Assembly: GCA_964255285.1 (NCBI GenBank)
Contig: CAXUUL010000005.1
Coordinates: forward strand, 62,001 to 88,725
From: Ionaspis alba
Lineage: Eukaryota
Direction: 5' to 3'
Length of the DNA: 26,725 bases
Shown here: positions 11,974-22,239 of the stretch, in pieces
How positions within the stretch are numbered: the first letter of the stretch is position 1
How the letters are laid out: the number at the start of each line of letters is the position of its first letter
Position numbers and translations under genes: made by a program
Notes under the pieces: generated by a model
Databases searched by the model: none
Seen by the model: the letters and a program-made list of their open reading frames with translations, nothing else
What the model was told of the DNA's origin: nothing

Positions 11974-13306
11974 ATGGGAAAAATTAGATTGGTCGCACGA
12001 GGTCAACGACGTGGATACATGCTTCGATCAATCTGCTACGAACAACAATAACATAAAGGATGTACGTTGGTAGGGCCAAGATTCACCATAACGCGGACAA
12101 AAAACTGTTCGCTCGTCGTCATCACCATACTTGGGGGAATGCCTTGGTCATCTTCACTCGGACTTTGTTGAGCACTTGATAAGTCTGCACTACTAATCGA
12201 CAAGGTACACCTCGAGTGAGACAGGAAGCTTCGGTATCACAGCTGATGGCATGCGTTCTAGACGACGGTACAATCAAGACTGAAGCTGAAGTTCACCAGG
12301 AAGGTTCGCCATGCTTGCACTGAAAGCTGCAGCTTATCCAGCCGTATGGCACACGGCTTTCGAAGTCGCTCGGTACGATGACGAGAATGTAGCCTGAGGA
12401 TGGTGGCCGTAAGGTCGTAAGGGCAAAAAAGGGCAGCCGTTTCCTAACCTCAAATAGACATAGAGAACAGTCGCATTATGATTATTAGTCGCACGCAGAG
12501 ACGGTAATTTGAAATCACTATCTCACATTACGGTCAGCGACGACGAGATCATCAGTGCGCCTCAAGGAGCGCCACCGGTACCCTGCTAGCTGCTGCCTAA
12601 TTCATACTAGTCTTCATTGCAAGGCCGGTTCCAAGCCACATGCTGACATCACCGCCCCAGGCATTCCAGGGAAAACAATGAAGCAACACATACATGTATA
12701 TCGAGTAAACAGTCGATCAGCAATACATGAACCTGCCGGATCCATGCTTCATCTAGACTGCTCCAATAATGATGCCATCCACATGCTGCAAATACTGATA
12801 CAGTCGATATCGATCGATGGACAACACAACTTTGAACGCCTATGATGGTAACAGTGCATTGGCCAAGCATAACTGCCAAGCTGCTAAGTGAAGTGTGCCA
12901 AATCAACAAGAGACGCAATCATTATTAACCGGTTTTCCCCTTGTTTGACCCCATTATTGCCATTTCCGCATCTCGCATCTTCTGCAACTTCCCGTCTTCA
13001 ATAAGACTCATCGTGCAATACACTGTGCTGCCAACACCAGATCTCTTGCACCGAGGTGTGAATTGTGAAGCGTATCCTGCCAGGCACGCCACACCGACGC
13101 ATCCAAGTGAACGATTCTGCCAAGACGGAAGAGCCCGCTTGTTGCTCAAGTGAATTGCGAAAAAGAGCGCAATAACAACCCATACAAGAGGGCGACCGAA
13201 TACCTTTGCCTTCTTCCTTTCCTGCCTCATCAGATAAGATATTCGGCACACATCAGCAGTTCCAGCCCCAGGCAACACTACTCTTCAGTAGTATCAACAA
13301 TAATCG

Positions 13307-13459
13307 GTGAGTACCTGTCAGCCTTGCCCAGAACGGAAGCAAGTCGTCTGCCTTAGCGTGGCATTGAACGGCCCCCAAAAACACACACATGCGACTTTCA
13401 TTCCAGCCAGTCGTCACGAGGCTACAATTGTCTATATCAAGTACTGACCATGACTTTAG
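13307..13459 (+). other. Putative 5'-UTR intron of the VCX1-like gene
   Basis: GTGAGT donor at 13307, branch TACTGAC at ~13442-13448, TTTAG acceptor ending 13459, 66 nt before the ATG at 13526. Confidence 0.5.
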
Positions 13460-13525
13460 CACTTTCCGAACCACGCCCGCTGCTCAGAAATCGCAGAGCG
13501 ATCTTCTAGCATTGCGCGTATTGTG

Positions 13526-15684
13526 ATGCGTAAGTCAAGCGCCACCGGATCACTTCTTGCGAAGAATACTGTGTTCATTATATATCTCGATTTGATACTG
13601 ACCGCAACGCTGCAGACAAACTCAAGACTACTGCTAGGCATCATGCTTGGAATACCAGCGGCACTGGCACCAATTACAATCCCTTCGGCAGAGTGCGTTC
13701 AAGGTCTAGCCAGATCGCAGGTGGCGAGGATGTCGAGCGAGGTATTACCGACAGACCACTTAATCATGGCGACACGTTTCACTCCGAGAACTGCGTGGAG
13801 CCGGAATCGGAATCGAGGCGGAGATCGCAGTATGGGGAGGATAACATAGGTCCGACACATGCCAATACCATGCCAGTATCCAGAGGGCAAGATAGAGGAC
13901 TGAATGCAGTTGACCCTCCAATCGGCGGGCGACGAAAAGAGAACAGCGAGGAATCGAATGCTCAGACGAGTGATACCCTGGTCACGGACGACTTGCCCCA
14001 AGCCAACGGACACCCAAGTCAGGGCAAATTCGGGGGAATCCTGGGCAAGATGCATCTAAAGAAGGATAAGAAAGAGAAAGAAAAGGCTGAGCCCGCACGC
14101 TCGAATACTTCTGGCTCGAAACGCAAGTTCACCCCTTGGAACCAGATCCAGGCGACGCTGTTCAACTCGTGGATCAATGTTCTCTTGGTTGCCGTACCTG
14201 TCGGCATAGCCCTTCATTTCGTGCCAGGAATGAGCAAGGTGGTAATCTTCGTTGTAAATTTTATCGGTGAGTTGGCCAGTTTCAGAATGAAGCAAAAGCG
14301 ATCCTCTGCTAATATCCCCGAAGCGATCATCCCGTTAGCGGCTCTTTTATCGTACGCCACAGAGGAGATCGCTCTAAGGACATCAGAGGTTTATGGAGGA
14401 CTACTCAATGCTACATTCGGGTTTGTGCTTCTTTCCAAAAACGAAAATTGCTGTGATGCTAACACTGCGCCAGTAATGCCGTCGAACTCATCGTATCCAT
14501 CATTGCTCTGGTGAAGAATGAGACGATAATCGTCAAGACTTCTTTGATCGGCAGCGTCCTCTCAAATCTACTTCTGGTGCTTGGAATGTGCTTCTTCTTC
14601 GGTGGCTTGAATCGAGTCGAGCAGCACTTTAATGTGGTCGTGGCCCAGACTGCTGCAAGCTTGCTAGCCTTGGCCATCGGTGCCCTCATCATCCCCACGG
14701 CATTCTTCATATCAGGGAGCGGCAAGATCGAGAACATCGATGCTCTGTCTCGAGGAACGGCTGTCCTTCTACTCGTCGTGTATGGGGCGTACCTTTTCTT
14801 CCAGCTCAAGACTCACGCGATCATCTACAATAAACCTAGCGAGAAAGCCCCTAAGCGTCGAGTCAAGACGGAGAAAGGTGATGCTAGTAATCGCATTGCC
14901 CAGATGGGTGCCAATATGGCGGGAGGAGGCGCCGACCAAGAAAACTTCATGCACCAGGATGAAGAGGAAAAGGAGGAACCAGCTCTATCCTTGGTGGTGG
15001 CACTGATAACACTAGCTGGCTCTACCGCTCTTGTTGGGTAAGTTTACTACCCTTTTCTGCCTGTCAACTTTTGCTGATCAGACCCTTTGCTAGTGTCTGT
15101 GCCGAGTTTCTAGTCGACAGCATAGACGCCATCACTGCAAGTTCCGGCATTTCCAAAACCTTTGTCGGTCTTATCCTCTTACCGATTGTCGGCAATGCAG
15201 CCGAGCATGCTACTGCTGTTACTGTTGCCATCAAAGACAAGATGGATCTTGCCATTGGTGTAGCCGTAGGCTCGAGTACGAATCTCCTCCCCCTCCCCCA
15301 ATACTTCAATACTTTGTCCTGACTCTCTACAGGTCTTCAAATCAGTCTCGGAGTTTTACCCCTCAGCGTTGTGCTTGTGGGTATCCTCATCATCTGGCAA
15401 TGTTCTTGTACTGATTTTACATGCTAGGGCTGGATAATTGGTCGACCGGACATGAACCTAGAATTCGACGGCTTTCAGATAAGCGTCCTCTTCGTCGCCG
15501 TGCTTTTGGTGAATTACCTTATTGCAGACGGGAAAAGTATGTGATCACCACACCAACCAGCCTACATGTAGTGATACTTGGCTAACCTATACTTTCTTTA
15601 GGTCATTGGCTAGAAGGAACACTGCTCAGCGTTCTTTACATAATCATTGCGATTGCTGCTTGGTTCTACGACAGTGGTCAATAG
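13526..15684 (+). CDS. VCX1: Vacuolar Ca2+/H+ exchanger (CAX/Vcx1 family)
   Basis: Exons 13526-13529, 13616-14266, 14324-14420, 14474-15037, 15094-15275, 15333-15376, 15428-15536, 15602-15684, all with GT-AG introns keeping frame. Alpha-1 repeat [37 protein letters not shown], acidic linker, alpha-2 repeat [38 protein letters not shown]. Confidence 0.95.
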
Positions 15685-16083
15685 GCGAATTGACATGGCA
15701 GGAGTTCTGGTTCTCGGGCAAGGTGGTCGGATTTGACAGATATTGGTAGGCCATGTTGCTTCGTCCACTATTCACATTGACAGAGATTCAATTCAGAGAA
15801 AAATCTCCAAAGCATTGTCTTTAGTGCCAGGGTTTGCCTCTTAGAGGCCATCAAGTCCCATTCATGTTTGATATCACATAACGAGCTTGGCATAAATTTG
15901 ATCACAACTTTGCATCAGCCATACACCTAGATTGGCAATATACCAAAGCTCGACGGGCTTGAGAGAGAGACTTGGACCAGAAAGGTGCCGTGAGAGTTTC
16001 AGACAGATTTTTTGAATGCTCCCAATGCCTCCAGACGAGCACTTTGGCCCTCCGATCTCTGAAACCCATTAGGATCGACTTCA

Positions 16084-16657
16084 TCAAGATATGGATGAAA
16101 GAAACCTACAGGCGCCCGTCATCATTCTCCGAATCTTTGACGCAGTCCACATATCTCTTTGCTGAATGGTGGCGCGTCCATCGTGTTTGCAGCATAACAT
16201 AGCCACTATCCTGAATTTAATGCTAGGCCATTCTGAGCGGTACAAGGCACTTACTCTCAAATTCGCTCGCGATAAATGCTTCTGTCATCTCCTGCAAAGC
16301 GCTTATAGCAATTGCCTGGAACTTGATGTCGCCACTGAAGTACGGATTGTCTCCGACGATTCTGTTTGCGATCTCACGTACAAGGCGCTGGAAAGGGCGC
16401 TTTCTGAAAACGACAACTGTTATGGGAATCAGCATAAAAGTTGCGTATAAGAGTGATCCTCAGACTGAGTTCCACGTACCTTCAGAACTAGTACGAGCTG
16501 ACTCTACTGGTCGAGTCACTCGCATTCTCACACCCTTGCGTGCCATCCTCGCCGCTACTACTTTGCGTGAGCCCTGAACACGACTAGCAGGTCTCGAGCT
16601 GATCTTGCGAGTAAGAGCGAGCTTTTTTGCCACGCGCATTGTTTCTTGAAGAGCCAT
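16084..16657 (-). CDS. Divergent histone H3-like protein (153 aa)
   Basis: Exons 16657-16480, 16416-16255, 16205-16084; introns GTACGT...GCTGAT...ACAG (63 nt) and GTAAGT...ATAG (49 nt, weak branch site). Histone fold: RKRPFQRLVREIA, DIKFQAIAISALQEMTEAFIASEFE, LCCKHDGRATIQQRDM...KIRR. Basic tail with SRKVVAARMARKG resembling H3 PRKQLASKAARKS. Confidence 0.85.
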
Positions 16658-17319
16658 CTGCTTTGATGCAGAAGTAGCAGTGATGAGTATGGGTTTGTTC
16701 GTATGATCTTTGAGAATCAAGTCCTGTAGCGATGGGAAACCCTTACACCATACCAAAAGGCGTTAGAGTTTCGCTAACCCTAACTATCACCAGCTCATCA
16801 AACCTGACTCACCAAGCCGGTGTGCTGTCTAGGTAATCTAATAGTAAATGAGTTATTGGATGTGACCAGGAAATTCTAATTTCACCGCAATGATACTTCG
16901 CGGAAAATCACAATCTGAATGACAAAAACAATCGAAAAGCTTGGCAAAAAGTTACATCTTTATGGTTGTGTCGATTCGTGAGCTTAGATATCTAAACGTT
17001 CTCAAGTAGACGACGCGCGCCTCGATGCTTTATGGTCGTATCAATCTGTAAGCCCTAACCTCACTCCCGGTGGAATGCGTTGACCAAGATTAGAGGACAA
17101 AGCTCATCGATATATCGAAAGGGGCCGAAGCAGTTTAGAGACATCTTTTCTAGCCACCAATTCAAGTGCCGTTGCCAATATGCAATATCTTGCTTTCAGA
17201 GCTCCTCACTACAGCCAAGATCAAGAATGTTTCACGAGCTGAGGGCTCTCTTTCCCTTTCCCATCATGGCATCTGAATCCCTCTTGTCAGTCTCTTCAGC
17301 TACATCTCCACTGCTAGAA

Positions 17320-20183
17320 TCAGTAGTCATTACTGCCGACTTCTTCATCGATATCTCTCCAAAGTGGAACACCATCCCCTTCGTGCGTCCCCTCCTCTAC
17401 GCCCTTCCAAAATAGTTCTTCTGGGACAGGGTAGATGAAGTCTTCCTCATCACAATATGGGAACGTGACTTGATCGTTCTCATGCCTTATAAACGCCGTC
17501 GCAGTTAACCGACATGGTTCTGCAAAAACCCATGCCCGAAATAGCATAGCTTCCCGCAATAGCAATCCGCTTTTATGAGTACGTTTGTTTCGGGCGGCAG
17601 GCACCTCCGGCAGGATGGCTCGCCGGCGAAAGTCACTCGCTAGGTGCCATAAGGCTTCCGGAGTAGCGCAAGTGTATTGACGGGAAAGGTTCACGCCAAA
17701 ACTGAAGAGGTGGAAGAAGGAATTGAGGATCTCGAACACTTCGTCAACGACGCGGTGCTGACACGCCCACATGTTATGGTTACTGATCACCCAATAGCGC
17801 AGATTGCCGTCTTCTGTAGCTTGGTCATGGATGGAAGGCAGGAACAAGGGAGCGTGACCTGCTGGGGGTGGCCGGTGAACCGGGATCAGGATGGGGGACG
17901 AAGTGAAATGAGCCGGGAGATCGGAATGCGTCTGAGGCAGGCTATTGAGGATGAGCTCCTCCACGTCGTGCGGTATAACCATGGGTAACGTGATTTGTTT
18001 TTCCATGACCGTCCTTAGATCAGGACCATGTACTTGGCGGCGGATCCGGCGCGTGAGATAGTCTCTGTCTATACCCGGGTTAGTACGAGCTGGAGAAATC
18101 AAACAGATAAAATATAAACAAGTCTGTGCAGAAGGCTTGTCGACTCACAGCCAGAACGAGCGTTGGGGATGGATAGGCGTCTAGAGAGGGCATTTTTGAG
18201 CAATCCAAACAATCGATCATCTTCGTGGATCATGCGATAAGCGAACGCATCTGTATTGAAAGATTCGTTCCATACATAAGTGAATGGTTCGTCGTAGGCT
18301 CCTACTTCAAAATATAAGGTGCTGTTTAATAGAGCCCTGTTTAGTCTAGACAGAAGTTTCAGCCATGCTTTAGCGAAGTAGCAAGGTGAACTAGATTTGA
18401 TAACTCACGTAACTTGACCATCAGCATCCAATTCCCAAGCCTTACAGTGCCTCATGAACAATTCAAATTGCCCGAGACCGCCAAATCCATCAGGCACGTT
18501 CCTACGACCACGTCGCATGTCTAGGTTGGTAAGACTGATCGATGGAACCTCGGTCGAGTTGCCTCCGACTTGGAATTCCTCCTTTCCGGTCTCACCGTCG
18601 TTGTTTTGCAACGGGAGGTCTTGCGTGGTTCGCGATCGAGAGTCGCTGCTGGCACGACTTTTCCCAGCTATTTCCGTGACTTTGCGAAGTGGAGAATCGC
18701 CGAAACAATAACGGGTGGTAAAGTCTTGCCCAAGATATGCCACTCTTTTCAAGGTCTTCAATCCAGGTTCGGATCCTTCTGGTCTCCTATAACTTTCCTG
18801 ACTACCGAAAGTCTTTCGAGGTATAGTCAGAGAAAGAGGCCTGGAGACCGGCTCCGATGACGATCCTGCCCAGCTGTCATCTAGAAAATCGATTTCCATT
18901 TGCTGGGAGTTGGCGAGCTTGAAGAAAGGAGTTTCGTCTTCCAGAGACCTCGCATAGGATGGCAGGATCCTCAGACCAAATCCACGATCTGCATATTTGA
19001 ATACCCGTGTCTCTCTGGTGGCCCGGCGATCGCCCAGGTAATGCCCCCAGATAAGGTCCATGGTGAAGACCGAATAACCGGTCTCAATGGCTCGAGCACA
19101 TCGCGGGAGCATCAACACCTGCTTCCCGTCAAAGCCAACGGCACATGCATCGAGATCGAAGTTCAGTAAGATCTGGGTCGGCGATGGTAGAAGCTTAAGT
19201 ATGATCTGAATACGACGGTTGGGATAGTCGGCGAGAAAATTGATAGTCCTCGCATTCTTGACCACCAATCTCTGCTTGTTTGTTGCTGGTAGGTTGGCGA
19301 GCCATATATCGTATATCTCCTCAACCTTTTTGTTAGCTTGGTCAGCATCAAGGCCATAGAGGTAGAGATCAATGTCGCCATCCTTGATTGTCTTGTCATC
19401 ATCCTTGGATGGATCTGTATGCATCAATGTTGATAGGACAATGCCACCTGCGACAAAGACGTTAGTCCAATCGAGCCCTGTCAGAATTCCGTTGGTTATT
19501 CGCTCAAAGGTTGCAGCGAATGCTGCACTGTGAGAAAGGATCTCTAAGTTGCACGGGCGACGACGGTCGAGTAATTCAAGTCCTCCTAAAGGTGGGTTCG
19601 TCCTCCTGAAGGAGACGATATCTCCATAATCCTTGTTCACAGTTTCGAGGAGCTTCACAAGTTCTTCTAGGGTCACTAGATATTTATGGTCCATGTTGTC
19701 CTCGGCTGATCGCGACCGTATGTACTTCTCGTTGACTAGGACTGCTTCGTCAATATCCTGAAGGCTAGCTAAGCATACGTTTTGGTATCCGGAGTGAGCG
19801 GCAGGTGTCCTCTCTCGCAGGAACGCTCGGAGTACAGGATACGGCGTCCGTTCATCTCGCAAGATCTGACATAGTACTGTCGCTGGAAGGTTTCTAGAAA
19901 TGGTCCTGATATCACTCTCGCGGTTATCGGAGGTCGCCAGTATTTCGTGGATCTTGCCGATTGAGATGGTTGTAAGTGGGGGGACTGCTCTTGCACCTCC
20001 ATCTCCATGGTCATCACGAGAAGATGAGTACGACGCAAGCCGAGACTTAAGATAGCGCTCTGTCAACGAAGACACTGTCCAGTCAGTGCGGTAGATGAGA
20101 TTTTCAGAACGTCTGGCTTCTGCGAGATCAAATAGCCATGCACGTGTGAGGAAGTCTGGAAGATCCTCCAACTCGTTATCCAT
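17320..20183 (-). CDS. Uncharacterised ~906-aa protein with a Pol-beta-superfamily nucleotidyltransferase-like domain
   Basis: Exons 20183-18409, 18345-18149, 18068-17320 (GTGAGT donors, TAG acceptors, frame preserved), joining two ORFs of the track; start codon uncertain. Motifs LDWTNVFVAGG...DGDIDLYLYG (GG + DxD), RIQIILK, NFDLDACAVGFDG, RVFKYADRGFG. Confidence 0.8.
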
Positions 20184-20638
20184 GCCTACTGTGAACACCG
20201 TAGTTGGAAAGGATAATGTTGAAAGTGATGGTATGAGATGGAGACTTGCAGCAAAGGCACGAGAGTATGTTCAGTGAGTTGGGAGTGCGGAAGGAAAGAA
20301 AGATCTTGAATCTCCATATTATGTACAATATCACGAAGGCTCCCATCAATGAAGATTATGACTAACTGTAAGTTAGACATGCATGATCTGAGTATCTCTA
20401 GGCATCCGACACCGCTCTATACGTGTCGTTTGTGCTTCACTCTTTGCTTGCACCATGATAGTGAGTAACTAGTAGAGGCATGCATAGGGCTGTAGGGCTG
20501 ATGTTGCCTGTCAACATTTCTCAATTCCAGCAAAATAATGCTCATACGCTTTTTGACGACGTGTTCCTTGCTGTGTTCATACAGCGGGTGTCCCATGATG
20601 CAAGGAGATTTGTCTTCTAGGAGAGTATTATGATTCCA

Positions 20639-21579
20639 TCATGGCCAAAGCTCTTCCTCCGTCCATTTGCCCACCACCTCGCCGTTCTCGCCCTTCTCAC
20701 TGACAAAGGTGTACTTGTATCGTCTCGCAGTCGTTGGATCCTTGATGTCCGTCATTTCTACCACATCGGGCTTGATGACCACAACTCTGAAGTTCTCCCG
20801 TGCAATCTTGTCCTCTAGATCTGTGACCTTCTGTCCCAGTTTGTGCTCCTCATCTGGTTCCTCGGTAGCTGGAGTACCAGGAGGTGGATTTCTCCATGAG
20901 CCTGCAAACATATCATATAATCAGTGCTGTATTGGTGACTACGTGACTTATGATCGGTCAGTCACCAGGAGGTAGCTCTAGACTCACCTCTCATGCCTGG
21001 ACTACAATTGCCAAAATGAGCCGTCAATTCCTTCGCCCAACTCCAACCTGATTCCTTGCCATTGCCTCCGTCTACTATCCTCATTCGTCCTCCAACCTCA
21101 CTCTTCACAGTCCTGACTCCACTGCTCTCCTCTCCCCCTTCGATGTCTCGAGCTACTACCCATGCTGTGCCTCTGATTCTCCACTGCGTCATTACATCGC
21201 CCTTGATCCACCAGACAGCCTCGACTGGGCCGCCGCCACCGCTTCCCTGACTTTGCTCCACAGCTCCCTTCCCAGGTCCACTTGCAAATATCTCGGGAAT
21301 CTTCTCCATCCGTACATCTGAAGTGAAGGTGGGCATCTCGCTCTGATAGATCCGCTCGTTCATAGGCGCGTCGTTGTGTTTGTTCTCAGGTAATTCACCC
21401 CACATGCCGCGGTAGATACAGTAGCGGGCTCGGGGGAGGTAGGGAGTGGGTGAGCCCTTCGGAGCCGCTGTAAGGGTAGAAAGAACGAATTCGGGGGAAT
21501 CCATTTTTGAGAGATGGGAGAGAAAGGTGGATTTCCATGGTGCGGGAGGAGTCGTGAGATGGTGGGTTGTGGTTGACAT
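20639..21579 (-). CDS. Pyridoxamine 5'-phosphate oxidase-like FMN-binding split-barrel protein
   Basis: Exons 21579-20988 and 20901-20639, intron GTGAGT...TGCAG (86 nt). Motifs APWK, FVLSTL, PRARYCIYRG, FTSDVRMEK, VEAVWW...TQWRIRG, SPGMRGSW..PPPG, ARENFRVVVI, C-terminal EELWP. Confidence 0.85.
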
Positions 21580-22239
21580 GGTGCGGAGGAGAGCCTGAAG
21601 GCGGAGGGTCGAGGGCTTGGTGGACAGAGGGGAAGCTATCTTTGCGAGAAAGAATGACTGATGGCTGGATTAGAGGATTTCTTGTTGCTAGGAAATGATA
21701 TAAGAACAGGAAACGACTGTGCCAGTTGACATCTCAAAAGAAACAGAAACATGAGCGTCTGGATTGGTTCCTGTAACGATGATGACGTCGATATGGCTGG
21801 TTACCTAATGTTACCGGTACAAAGAAAACGAGGCCAAAAAAGTCACAGATTGATGAACCTCAATAGGATCGGACAACTCTACGTAACGATTGTGTTATAC
21901 TTGAATGATCCGCCAGAGCATATTCGTGGTACTATCAAACACAGCTGTACGATCGAAGGACAGCTTTTGACCGTACTTCTGCGCAGTTATTACGGAATAC
22001 TCGGAGCCAGTAAGGATTAGTCGAAAAGATTAATATTTTGGATTAAAGAATACTGTGGACTCGATAGAGCTCAACCCATATTGGATGGGTTAAACGATCG
22101 ACTCCGGGGAAGGAAAACGAAAAACCAGAGTGGTATCATCAATTGCTGCACGTCACAGGTACAAACAAAGCACTCGCGCCATAATGAAACCTCCTTTCCA
22201 GTCCACATCTACTATGCAGACTCTCCGCCTTCTGCCATC

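Noticed and set aside
12555..13356. Short ORFs in the IML1-VCX1 intergenic region, and a Crz1-like CACGCCAC at 13085
   Set aside because: No protein-like motifs; a single degenerate 8-mer is not significant alone.
16084..16657. Calling the histone gene canonical H3 or CenH3/Cse4
   Set aside because: It lacks ARTKQ and alphaN, has F rather than W in the RFQ motif, and the HAKRVTI motif is degenerate; no gene symbol assigned.
17320..18102. 260-aa ORF as a separate gene
   Set aside because: Starts with TTG inside an intron (TACTAAC branch site) and splices in frame to the NTase exons.
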